Source of the DNA: an uncultured Gammaproteobacteria bacterium
GTDB taxonomy: Bacteria; Pseudomonadota; Gammaproteobacteria; CAYGNG01
Length of the DNA: 64,000 nucleotides
Assembly (NCBI GenBank): GCA_964351225.1
Contig: CAYGNG010000007.1
Location: 2,590 to 66,589 of the forward strand
Direction of reading: 5' to 3'
Part shown: piece after piece, positions 41,287 through 50,275 of the stretch
Position numbering within the stretch: position 1 is the stretch's first letter
Layout of the letters: every line of letters begins with the position of its first letter
Program-made: the position numbers and the translations under genes
Notes under the pieces: generated by a model
What the model saw: only the letters and a program-made list of their open reading frames with translations
What the model was told of the DNA's origin: nothing
Databases searched by the model: none

Positions 41287-43785
41287 ATGGCTACTAATTT
41301 GATATTAATTGATGGTTCTTTAACAGAAGAAATCCGCGTCGCGTGCGTTAAATCTAAAGATCCCTACCACGCAGATAATCCACATATTCTTGGTAATCTC
41401 GATATTGAGCGCCCAGGCCGAGAACAAAAAAAAGCAAATATCTACAGTGCAACCATTACTCATATAGAGCACAGCCTAGATGCCGCATTCGTTAACTTTG
41501 GCTCTGCCCGCCATGGCTTTTTACCTTTAAAAGAAGTTGCACCCAATTACTATGCCTCGCCGGGTAACCAAAACGAATCCGCCAGATCGGAATTGGTCGT
41601 TGGGCAAAAAGTTTTAGTGCAAGTCGAAAAAGAAGAGCGTGGCAACAAAGGCGCTGCTTTAACAACATACATCACCCTTGCCGGTTGCTATTTAGTTTTG
41701 ATGCCAAATAATCCCGAAGCCGGTGGCATTTCCAGACGCATTGAAGGTGACGAACGCTCAGAACTGAGAGACATTATTACCGCGCTACCCCTCCCAGAAG
41801 GCATGGGTTTAATTGTCAGGACAGCTGGCGAAGGGCGAAAACCAGAAGAATTAGAATGGGATCTCAACGTGTTGCTGCGCCAATGGGAAGAAATTACTGA
41901 AGCCTTTGAAAACAGACCCAATCCTTCCCTCATTTACCAAGAAAGTGACGTTATTATCCGCACCATCCGCGATTATTTTCGCGAAGAAATTCAAGAAATA
42001 ATTATTGCTGATCCAGAAGTTTATCAGCGCGCATTGGATCATGTTAAACATGTTCGCCCTCAATACGCGAACCGAGTCAAACTCTATCAAGAAAAGATTC
42101 CTTTATTCATTCGTCACCGAGTTGAATCACAAATTGAAACCGCCTTTCAAAGAGAAGTTCGCCTACCCTCAGGTGGTGCTATTGTTATTGATCACACAGA
42201 AGCCATGGTATGCATTGACATTAACTCTTCTCGAGCCACAAAAGGTGGTGACATTGAAGAAACGGCATTACAAACTAATTTAGAAGCAGCAGAAGAAATT
42301 GCTCGCCAATTACGCTTGCGAGACATTGGCGGATTAATTGTTATCGACTTTATTGATATGACGCCTTCTCGTAATCAACGCGATGTTGAAATTCGCTTGC
42401 GAGAAGCCTTAAAAGTTGATCGTGCGCGAGTTCAAGTCGGCCGCATCTCACGGTTTGGTCTGCTGGAAATGTCCAGACAACGTTTGCGCCCTTCTATTGC
42501 TGAAGCCATTCAAATGGCTTGCCCGCGTTGCCATGGCCAAGGCAGCATTCGCAATATCAAATCACTCTCTTTATCCATCATTCGACTCATCGAAGAAAAT
42601 GCCATCAATAAACAAGGCACAGTTGAAATCCAAATACAGATCCCACTTGATCTTTCTACCTATCTGCTAAACGAAAAGCGGCACCTCCTTACCGCGATAG
42701 AGCAAAAAACAAATGTCAACATCATGGTTATCCCTAACCCTGGGTTGCAAACCCCAGACTATCGCCTCAAGCGCTTAAAGAAAGAAGATCTCCCTAGCTC
42801 TGGAAAACAGCTTTCAAGCTATGAACATCGAAACTATATCGAGGAAGATTTAATTTCTACCGCTTTTGAAGAAACCGAAGATGCGCCAAGAGAAAAACCA
42901 GCGGTTTGCCAAAACTCGACGCCTTATACAGAAGCCGCATCTTTAGGAAAACACAACAGCAGCAACGCAATCCCCCATCCTCAAACCAGACAATCGGGTT
43001 TACTCCGTCGATTATTTTCTGGATTATTGGGAAGACCTTGCCAAACTCAAGAAAACAAATCCGAACCGAGTAGCCAACCAAGCAAACCAAAACCGCGGCA
43101 ACAACATAACAAACCCATCCGCAGCAGCAGCAACAAGTATCATGATGCTTCCTCTAGTAATGAAGAGTACGATAATAATCGTCGCTCGAATAATAACAAT
43201 AATCGCCGCGGCCAATCTAGAAAAATTGGGCACCGCACTACTAATCCTGTCTCCGCCGACAAAGCCACCACGGCGGCTGGCACCCCGGATGAACCAAATC
43301 AAACCGCTTCCCACAGTCAAAAGCAACCTCGCCAGAGATCTTACAACAACAGAGGACAACAAGACGCCAGAGGTAGCCGTCACAGCAATAGCAATAGCAA
43401 CCGTAATCAACGCGCACGCACAACCGGTAACAACAGTCATCGCAATCGAAGCGCTAGCAGTGACAATCGCAATAAAAACACGAACCCCGAGACACAAAAT
43501 AATAACCCGTACGATCCCTACGCCGGCATTCAACCGGTTACTGAAAAATTTGAAGAAATTTCAGTTTACCGCAACCAAGTGATGTCGAGTGCGGATAGTC
43601 AACAACCAAATGAAAGCGCTAGCATCAAACGCGAGCCTCCTAAAGACACAACGACTGCCGTCACTAAACCACCATCAACGGAACCAGAAACGGGCAAGCA
43701 AGAGAAAGCGAAATCTTTTGCAAAGCGCCATGCCAAACGTCGCCGCGGCCACCTCAGAACAAAAATGAAGGAAAACAACGAGTAA
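41287..43785 (+). CDS. rne: Ribonuclease E
   Basis: The N-terminal catalytic domain carries an S1 fold and a Zn-link (CPRCHGQGSIR). The C-terminal 330 aa are low-complexity and Arg/Asn/Ser/Pro-rich, typical of an RNase E scaffold. Confidence 0.9.
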   Translation: MATNLILIDGSLTEEIRVACVKSKDPYHADNPHILGNLDIERPGREQKKANIYSATITHIEHSLDAAFVNFGSARHGFLPLKEVAPNYYASPGNQNESARSELVVGQKVLVQVEKEERGNKGAALTTYITLAGCYLVLMPNNPEAGGISRRIEGDERSELRDIITALPLPEGMGLIVRTAGEGRKPEELEWDLNVLLRQWEEITEAFENRPNPSLIYQESDVIIRTIRDYFREEIQEIIIADPEVYQRALDHVKHVRPQYANRVKLYQEKIPLFIRHRVESQIETAFQREVRLPSGGAIVIDHTEAMVCIDINSSRATKGGDIEETALQTNLEAAEEIARQLRLRDIGGLIVIDFIDMTPSRNQRDVEIRLREALKVDRARVQVGRISRFGLLEMSRQRLRPSIAEAIQMACPRCHGQGSIRNIKSLSLSIIRLIEENAINKQGTVEIQIQIPLDLSTYLLNEKRHLLTAIEQKTNVNIMVIPNPGLQTPDYRLKRLKKEDLPSSGKQLSSYEHRNYIEEDLISTAFEETEDAPREKPAVCQNSTPYTEAASLGKHNSSNAIPHPQTRQSGLLRRLFSGLLGRPCQTQENKSEPSSQPSKPKPRQQHNKPIRSSSNKYHDASSSNEEYDNNRRSNNNNNRRGQSRKIGHRTTNPVSADKATTAAGTPDEPNQTASHSQKQPRQRSYNNRGQQDARGSRHSNSNSNRNQRARTTGNNSHRNRSASSDNRNKNTNPETQNNNPYDPYAGIQPVTEKFEEISVYRNQVMSSADSQQPNESASIKREPPKDTTTAVTKPPSTEPETGKQEKAKSFAKRHAKRRRGHLRTKMKENNE

Positions 43786-43795
43786 TAATGTGGTG

Positions 43796-43837
43796 AGCGA
43801 AGCAATCCACACAATGGATTGCTTCGCTTTTATACTC
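43796..43837 (+). terminator. Rho-independent terminator of rne
   Basis: A perfect 14-bp stem (agcgaagcaatcca / tggattgcttcgct) with a 5-nt loop sits 11 nt after the rne stop, followed by tttat. Confidence 0.6.
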
Positions 43838-43861
43838 GCGGTGATGCAACGGAAAATTATT

Positions 43862-44134
43862 ATGGTAACTGATTTATTTGGGGCACTGGCTGTAATTACC
43901 TCCCTTATTTCTTTATGCCCTCAAATTCACAAAGCCTTTATCACCAAATCCTGCCGTGATTTATCCTGGGGAATGATAATCTTATTTATCGCTTCTGCTA
44001 TCAGCTGGCTTGGTTATGGGATCCTTTCAAATAGCTGGCCAGTATGGCTCACTAACGGCGTAGGACTTGTGATTACAATTATCTTAGCTGGATTAAAATT
44101 TCATTATGATCGACTGGACAGCAACAAAATATAA
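43862..44134 (+). CDS. SemiSWEET-like (PQ-loop) three-TM transporter, about 90 aa
   Basis: Three predicted TM helices are present, with a PQ motif (SLCPQIHKAF) in TM1. The start is trimmed to 43862 because the upstream part of the listed ORF is occupied by the rne terminator hairpin. Confidence 0.55.
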   Translation: MVTDLFGALAVITSLISLCPQIHKAFITKSCRDLSWGMIILFIASAISWLGYGILSNSWPVWLTNGVGLVITIILAGLKFHYDRLDSNKI

Positions 44135-44741
44135 CGCCATCTTATGCTTATCAGGGGGACACATTCCCAGCACGATGATTCGCAATTACTATTCCACTTA
44201 TCCACTGATTGCGACGGATGGTGCTGCCAATTATTTAAAAAAACACAACATCCCCATATCGATCATCATTGGAGACTTAGACTCAATAGATCGAAAAATA
44301 ACTCTAAATGAAAAAATAGTGCACATCAAAGATCAAAACACCACGGATTTTGAAAAAGCACTGCTCTATATTGAAGAACACCACCTATCCCCTACGCTGA
44401 TATTTGGTATGCAAGGCGGTGAAATCGATCATGCCCTTAATAACTTTCACTGCCTAGCCAAATTTAGCAAACGACTCACTCTGGTTTTTTGTGATGAGGA
44501 AAAAGAAAACAGCTGCAAATATGGTAAATTGATTTTCGATCAGATCGCGATCAGTGACAGAAAAGGTCATAAAATTTCCATACTCCCTTATCCGATGTGT
44601 GTGGTTTCAACAAGCGGATTACGCTGGCAATTAAATTGCTCACGACTAGCCATCGCGGAAAAAACCAGCGCAAGAAATGAAATTATCAGTGAGTACGCCA
44701 CTATCCGTATCCATGAAGGCAGCGCGCTCGTCATCGCTTAA
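44106..44741 (+). CDS. Thiamine pyrophosphokinase
   Basis: TPK signatures are present: AILCLSGG...IATDGAANYL, GDLDS, TDFEKAL, GGEIDH. It overlaps the SemiSWEET gene by 29 nt. Confidence 0.7.
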   Translation: MIDWTATKYNAILCLSGGHIPSTMIRNYYSTYPLIATDGAANYLKKHNIPISIIIGDLDSIDRKITLNEKIVHIKDQNTTDFEKALLYIEEHHLSPTLIFGMQGGEIDHALNNFHCLAKFSKRLTLVFCDEEKENSCKYGKLIFDQIAISDRKGHKISILPYPMCVVSTSGLRWQLNCSRLAIAEKTSARNEIISEYATIRIHEGSALVIA

Positions 44742-46154
44742 TTAGGGATTTTTTGCTGAAGCGCTCTCTGTTACTTCGCTTTCCTCCAATTCCTCTTTTT
44801 GTTGCAATTCAGATAATACGTCATCAAATAAGCCTAATAGCAAGTGACCATTTGGCTTTTTCCTTATTACTTCTTCTTTATTGCGAATTAGAGTGCTTTT
44901 TTTCGTTTTTTCAGCCGCAACAATTTGGCGGATAGTAAATGAAAGAAAGTCAAAACTTTTTTTATCGAGATTAGGATCTCTATTTTTAAGTTTCTTCTTA
45001 ATATCCGTAAGCGATCCCAGCTCGGCTTCATCGTCGAGTTTGCGTTTAAAAATACCGAGCTCGGAGAGTCGTTTTGCTTCCTCTTTTTGATCGGCTTGTG
45101 CCGCTAATCGCGCTTGGGCTTGAGTATAATCAACCACTCCTCTTATTTCCTGTGGTGAGCAGGTTGAATAAATACTATTTAGAATAAAAAGATCCTCTAA
45201 CAATGCTTTCCGACGGTCATCTGTCACACTCAACAGATGAGATACAATGCTGGGCCCATCAGCTGGGTGCAATGAAAAATTCCCACCAAAATAACACAGC
45301 GCGCGGATTGCATCGAGGTCCGGTCGATTTCCAGCAATATAAGCAAAAATCTCACGATATAATGCGGTTTTGCCATCAACTAATTCATTCGGATCCGTAA
45401 GACCTTTTTCACTAATACGCACAGGAATACTGTCGCCAAATAGCGTGGGCGCACCGCGCAAGAGCTCCATCTCATGCAGTGAATGCGTATTAGCACTCCT
45501 GCTGTTTGACACAAGCTGTGCAGACTGGCCAAGTTTAAATTCCGCCTCTTGTTGCAAGCCTTTTTCAATCTGTTTTCCTTTAGAGCGACGATCGGCAACA
45601 CCGTACTTTTGGCAGATATCGTTCGCTTGATCAGGGCGATTGGCTGCGTGTAACAAATCGACAACATTCGCGCCATCTTTCCCGACACGAGAGAATCCCG
45701 CACCATAATCATGCAAATAACCCAAAAGATAAAATTTTCTTTGTTTAGCGGCTAAATTTGCTGGTTGTTCCCGGCAACGATCCACTGAGTAAAAATTGAA
45801 ATCAACACCACGCTGATATAAACAAGCAAATAATTTATTGATTATCGCGACTGTCGACCGATGGGGAAGCAAGGGCGATCGATGAATAACGTAGTCTAAA
45901 ATATCGGCATCAGCAATTATCTGCTTGTTTTCTTGCAGTATCCAATCAAGTACCGGCAAAAGCTTGCTGGTCACGCCCTCAGATAGCGCTACTGCTCGAT
46001 CGTTAGCGCCAGCCTCTTCTAAAAATTGATCCGCGTACTGTTCGACAAGGTAACGAACATCGGGAACCGATATGCGGTACCCTGAAGCAATCAACTGATT
46101 GGGATCAAAAGAATTTTCGCCGGTAACTAACCCATTGATAATGGCTTTAAACAT
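44742..46154 (-). CDS. Hypothetical protein, 470 aa, with a Glu-rich C-terminal tail
   Basis: No domain is recognisable. The C-terminus reads LSELQQKEELEESEVTESASAKNP. The stop abuts the TPK stop with a 0-bp spacer. Confidence 0.5.
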   Translation of the reverse strand: MFKAIINGLVTGENSFDPNQLIASGYRISVPDVRYLVEQYADQFLEEAGANDRAVALSEGVTSKLLPVLDWILQENKQIIADADILDYVIHRSPLLPHRSTVAIINKLFACLYQRGVDFNFYSVDRCREQPANLAAKQRKFYLLGYLHDYGAGFSRVGKDGANVVDLLHAANRPDQANDICQKYGVADRRSKGKQIEKGLQQEAEFKLGQSAQLVSNSRSANTHSLHEMELLRGAPTLFGDSIPVRISEKGLTDPNELVDGKTALYREIFAYIAGNRPDLDAIRALCYFGGNFSLHPADGPSIVSHLLSVTDDRRKALLEDLFILNSIYSTCSPQEIRGVVDYTQAQARLAAQADQKEEAKRLSELGIFKRKLDDEAELGSLTDIKKKLKNRDPNLDKKSFDFLSFTIRQIVAAEKTKKSTLIRNKEEVIRKKPNGHLLLGLFDDVLSELQQKEELEESEVTESASAKNP

Positions 46155-46204
46155 TTTTATTGCCCTTTAAAAATTATGGTAGCGTACCATAACATTTAAA
46201 AATA

Positions 46205-46888
46205 TCAATGGGCTTTGGGATCCGCTGGGTAGCTGGTTAGCTCCATTTCATAAGCTCGCGTGATCTCATTATTGTTACTATCCGAATATTTCATTTTAGA
46301 ATAATACAGCCAGCGCTCATGCTCATTTGAAGTGACATGTGACTCACTTTGAACATAGCTATCCAGCAAATTAAGTAGCGATTCCGTGTACTCATAATAT
46401 TCGACTGAGCTAATGCATTCTTCTGGATTGTCACCATCATCACAGATAACCATCATGGCATCAGAAGCGTTTATCCTCTTCGCCCTATCTTGCAATGCTG
46501 TGAGAATTTGCGACTTATTTTCATGGCTAATTTGGTTGTCTTGCAACATTGAGATAGCCTGAGACGATTTCAATAAGTGCGCCATCGCGGTATTCTTTGC
46601 AGCAGAAGGTGTTAATATTACATAAAAAAACAAAAATCCTAATGAGAAGATCGATACGACCGAGCTTATTCTGAATGGCAGTCCGACATGTTTTTGCAAT
46701 GCACCGTACCATGCGCTTGCCAAACTCCAAAAGAATAAAATCAACACCACCCAGATCACTTTAGTATGTGTTTGGTGTCTGGTGTTGGTTGTACAAAAAA
46801 TGATTGCCAACACGGGTTGTATGACTAAGGCATAAATAACCGCTATGGCGATAAAGATCACAAGAAGCATTCCGAGGATACCAGACAT
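46205..46888 (-). CDS. Hypothetical membrane protein
   Basis: Three N-terminal TM helices are followed by a 130-aa soluble domain. Confidence 0.5.
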   Translation of the reverse strand: MSGILGMLLVIFIAIAVIYALVIQPVLAIIFCTTNTRHQTHTKVIWVVLILFFWSLASAWYGALQKHVGLPFRISSVVSIFSLGFLFFYVILTPSAAKNTAMAHLLKSSQAISMLQDNQISHENKSQILTALQDRAKRINASDAMMVICDDGDNPEECISSVEYYEYTESLLNLLDSYVQSESHVTSNEHERWLYYSKMKYSDSNNNEITRAYEMELTSYPADPKAH

Positions 46889-46973
46889 AGCGGATCTCTA
46901 ATTGACTGACATCTCCTTATATCGGCTGCTCTGAAAACAACTTTATTCGCACAGTGGATGGCCCCTTTGCGAT

Positions 46974-47738
46974 CTAAACAACCGTCACGGATGGTTGTTC
47001 TAAATATTCACGCACGCGATCTAAATCTTCTTGGGTATCGATTCCTGGGGGAAAATGATGGTTAGATTCAGCAACATGAATTTGATAGCCGTACCAAAGC
47101 GCACGCAATTGTTCTAATGATTCCATGGCTTCAATCTCTGGCTTTGGCAAAGCCACGTATTCTTTTAAAAAGCCCACGCGATAAGCATAGATACCTAAAT
47201 GGCGACAATGCCGAAAGCTCGAATTCTGAACACTTGGGTCAAAGTAAGGAATCGGGGAACGGCTGAAATATAACGCCCTACCCAAGTCGCTAAAAATGAC
47301 CTTTACGACGCTGGATTTCAAAACATCCTGTAAATTAGCTAATGGCTCACATAATGTCGCCATCGCAAACCCGGTATTCAAAAACAAATTCATGGCAACT
47401 TGATTAATGGCTTGGGCCGGGATCAATGGCTCATCGCCTTGTACATTCACAATAATGGTATCATCAGACCAGCCCTGTTGCTCACACACTTCGGCTATAC
47501 GCTCGGTACCACATTGGTGCGTTGCGCGGGTCATGCAAACATTGCTGGAAAAAGATTTTGCCACTTCAAGAATGCGCTCATCGTCGGTGGCAATGGTAAC
47601 CGACTTTGCTGACGATTGAATCGCTCGTTGATAGACATGCTGTATCATTGGTTTGCCCGCAATCATCGCCAAAGCTTTGCCATAAAGCCGAACCGACGAG
47701 AAACGCATGGGAATAACAACATGAAACGCTACCGACAT
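46974..47738 (-). CDS. kdsB: 3-deoxy-manno-octulosonate cytidylyltransferase (CMP-KDO synthetase)
   Basis: The N-terminus reads [29 protein letters not shown]. Confidence 0.9.
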   Translation of the reverse strand: MSVAFHVVIPMRFSSVRLYGKALAMIAGKPMIQHVYQRAIQSSAKSVTIATDDERILEVAKSFSSNVCMTRATHQCGTERIAEVCEQQGWSDDTIIVNVQGDEPLIPAQAINQVAMNLFLNTGFAMATLCEPLANLQDVLKSSVVKVIFSDLGRALYFSRSPIPYFDPSVQNSSFRHCRHLGIYAYRVGFLKEYVALPKPEIEAMESLEQLRALWYGYQIHVAESNHHFPPGIDTQEDLDRVREYLEQPSVTVV

Positions 47739-47908
47739 TCTTCTTCCTTTAATTTTCGCGCCTCTTCCACCAACATAATGGGAATATCGTCTTTAATAGC
47801 GAAAGCCAATTTATCGACTTTACACAGCAATTCTTCGGCGTTTTTATCATATTTCAAAGCGCTCTTGCATATTGGACACGCTAAGATCTCTAATAGTTTA
47901 GCATCCAT
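47729..47908 (-). CDS. ycaR: Trm112/YcaR-family small protein (59 aa)
   Basis: I translated it by hand: [59 protein letters not shown]. An AGGAGG RBS precedes the start. It overlaps the kdsB start by 10 nt, as in the E. coli ycaR-kdsB pair. It falls below the 60-aa cut-off of the ORF track. Confidence 0.8.
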   Translation of the reverse strand: MDAKLLEILACPICKSALKYDKNAEELLCKVDKLAFAIKDDIPIMLVEEARKLKEEECR

Positions 47909-47941
47909 TTTCCCAACCTCCTGGCCCTTAAGAAAGGGTAA

Positions 47942-48598
47942 TTATACCACAGCTTGTCGTAAATACATCGGCTCACAAGTCATTGCCGTTTTTAGCAAAC
48001 CTTGCTGATAATCGTAGCTGGCTAATGCAACCACATCGGTTGCTTGTGGGTATGGCAATTCAATCCTATTTCTTGGCTGAACCGCATGCTTTTCTGAATA
48101 CCACGTTATCTCGGCTTTTGAACCGGCAACCACACAAGCATCGGTTTTAGGCTTAGGGATCACTTCGATGCTCGACAACTCACACTGCCCTATGACTTGT
48201 CCATTTTCCAGATTAAACCAACCCCAATACACTTCTTTCATTTTGGCGTCAATAATAACGAGCACTTCACCAACATCGGCTTGCTCTTGCCATACTCGAT
48301 AAGCAATTGCTTTTAGGCTTGTGATTTCTATAATGGGCGTATCATTGGGGTACGCTAACCCTTGCGCTATCCCGCTAGCCAACCGGATCCCAGTAAAACT
48401 ACCTGGCCCATTCACGTAGGCAATTGCTTGCAAATGTGCAATTTTAATATGTGCCTGCCTAAGTAAGCCATCAATTATTGGTAAAATAACCTTGGCTTGT
48501 TGCCTGGGTTGCACAACACATTCTGAGTATAGGGTATCGTCTAGCAATAACGCGGCGGAGCAACTTTCTGAAGAGGTATCAAATGCTAACAATTTCAT
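47942..48598 (-). CDS. tsaB: tRNA threonylcarbamoyladenosine biosynthesis protein TsaB
   Basis: The sequence reads MKLLAFDTSSESCSAALL...VNGPGSFTGIRLASGIAQGLA. The start is trimmed to the ATG at 48598. Confidence 0.8.
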   Translation of the reverse strand: MKLLAFDTSSESCSAALLLDDTLYSECVVQPRQQAKVILPIIDGLLRQAHIKIAHLQAIAYVNGPGSFTGIRLASGIAQGLAYPNDTPIIEITSLKAIAYRVWQEQADVGEVLVIIDAKMKEVYWGWFNLENGQVIGQCELSSIEVIPKPKTDACVVAGSKAEITWYSEKHAVQPRNRIELPYPQATDVVALASYDYQQGLLKTAMTCEPMYLRQAVV

Positions 48599-49043
48599 GA
48601 GACCAAACCAACATCGAAATGGCTTTGAACTTGGCAACCGACATGGCGCCTCGTTGATTGCTTTTGGATTTTTTATCCGGATCATCCAGCGCTTTTTCAA
48701 TCACCGCTCTATCGCAAGCATAAATTGCCATCGGTTCATAAAAATTATTAAATAAGACCAGTAATAAACGATTCCAATCACCCTCTCGATTGATTTGTCC
48801 AAGCCGATAATTTTTGCGATCGGTGTTAAAAATTACGCGCCCTTTAATTTGAATTTTATGCTGTCCATCTAAAGCATCAACTCCTTTATAGGCCTGCTCC
48901 GGTTTACTTAATTTCAATAAGCGCATGGCATCAAATCGTGCTAATTCAGAGCTGACTGGCAACGTTTGCTGCGTCGTTTGATAGTACTCGGCCGCTAACC
49001 GTCTGGTTTGTGCCATTAACCGCTCTACTTCATACACCGACAT
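48579..49043 (-). CDS. Hypothetical protein
   Basis: An ORF of about 154 aa lies between fdxA and tsaB. No domain is recognisable. Confidence 0.4.
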   Translation of the reverse strand: MSVYEVERLMAQTRRLAAEYYQTTQQTLPVSSELARFDAMRLLKLSKPEQAYKGVDALDGQHKIQIKGRVIFNTDRKNYRLGQINREGDWNRLLLVLFNNFYEPMAIYACDRAVIEKALDDPDKKSKSNQRGAMSVAKFKAISMLVWSHEIVSI

Positions 49044-49050
49044 GAATCGA

Positions 49051-49377
49051 TTAGCCCTCTTCAAAGTATTGCCGTTTATTACTCACATCACGCCATTCGT
49101 CAGCGTTTGGCAACGGATCCTTCCTTTCTGATAGGACCGGCCAAATTTGGCTATATTTTGCATTGAGCTCTAAAAACGCTCTCTGATCAGCTGGCACATC
49201 ATCCTCTGCGTAAATTGCATTAACCGGACATTCTGGCTCACATAATGCACAATCGATACAATCCTCTGGATTGATAACCAACATATTTGGCCCTTCATGG
49301 AAACAATTAACTGGACACACCTCGACACAATCAGTTAGCTTACATTTAATACAGCTTTCAACAATCACAAATGCCAC
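49051..49377 (-). CDS. fdxA: 7Fe ferredoxin (FdxA-type)
   Basis: [26 protein letters not shown]...[12 protein letters not shown] is present. A GTG start at 49377 follows a GGGAGGG RBS, giving 108 aa. The ATG-extended 145-aa ORF is spurious. Confidence 0.85.
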   Translation of the reverse strand: MAFVIVESCIKCKLTDCVEVCPVNCFHEGPNMLVINPEDCIDCALCEPECPVNAIYAEDDVPADQRAFLELNAKYSQIWPVLSERKDPLPNADEWRDVSNKRQYFEEG

Positions 49378-49459
49378 AGCAGCCCTCCCGCTCTCCTGAA
49401 CAAACAAGAACGTTAATACCAAAAAGCTTGTCCCAGGTAAAGCAGAAAAGTTGTATCGC

Positions 49460-50224
49460 TTAAGTCGCTTCCATTCTGATGGCGGCATCTAATCGAATAA
49501 CGGAGCCATTGAGTAACTCATTTTCGATGATGTGCTGTGCAAGCTTAGCGTATTCATCGGGCTCACCAAATCGCTTGGGAAAAGGAATCGTGGATCGCAG
49601 ACTATCCTGAACTTTTTCCGGCATATTGTATATCAAAGGTGTGCCCATAATCCCTGGGGCAATGGCCATGATCCGGATCCCATGTCTTGCAAACTCTCGA
49701 GCAATCGGTAAAGTCATCCCCACAACGCCGGCCTTGGTTGCGCTATAGGCCGCTTGCCCTATTTGCCCTTCCCATGCCGCTACCGAAGCGGTATTGATAA
49801 TAACCCCTCGTTCACCGCTATCGGTCACGGGTTCAAGTTTAGCAACCGCATTGGCAAAAACATTTAAACAACTAAACGTACCGATTAAATTGATATTGAT
49901 GACATTGACAAACTCAGACAGTGGCATTGCCCCTTCTTTTCCAACTACTTTAGCGGCACGTGCAACACCCGCACAATTTACCAGTACCCTGGCAACACCT
50001 AAGGATTTCTCCACTTGGCTAAAAGCAGAGATTACTTCTTGCTCATTTGTGACATCGCAGCGGATACCAATTCCGCCTATTTCTGCGGCAACCTGTCCGA
50101 CTAAATCGGCATTATGATCCAATAAGGCGACTTTATTCCCTGCCTTAGCCAAACGCCTAGCCGTCGCCTCACCCAATCCGGAAGCCGCTCCAGTAACCAC
50201 CACCACTTGATTTTTTGCTTGCAT
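49460..50224 (-). CDS. 3-hydroxyacyl-CoA dehydrogenase type-2-like SDR (HSD17B10 family)
   Basis: The sequence is collinear end to end with HSD17B10-type enzymes ([10 protein letters not shown]...[24 protein letters not shown]...IRLDAAIRM). Confidence 0.8.
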   Translation of the reverse strand: MQAKNQVVVVTGAASGLGEATARRLAKAGNKVALLDHNADLVGQVAAEIGGIGIRCDVTNEQEVISAFSQVEKSLGVARVLVNCAGVARAAKVVGKEGAMPLSEFVNVININLIGTFSCLNVFANAVAKLEPVTDSGERGVIINTASVAAWEGQIGQAAYSATKAGVVGMTLPIAREFARHGIRIMAIAPGIMGTPLIYNMPEKVQDSLRSTIPFPKRFGEPDEYAKLAQHIIENELLNGSVIRLDAAIRMEAT

Positions 50225-50275
50225 TTCTTGCCTCCTCCTACCTTGCTCTGCCTGAGTCCTAATTAATATTAGACC

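Noticed and set aside
43024-43582. 169-aa antisense ORF and 146-aa alternate-frame ORF inside rne
   Set aside because: They are produced by the repetitive low-complexity RNase E tail. rne is unambiguous on the plus strand.
49378-49488. ATG-extended ferredoxin ORF
   Set aside because: FdxA proteins start at xFVVTDxCIKCK. A GTG at 49377 with a GGGAGGG RBS fits, and the extension has no counterpart.
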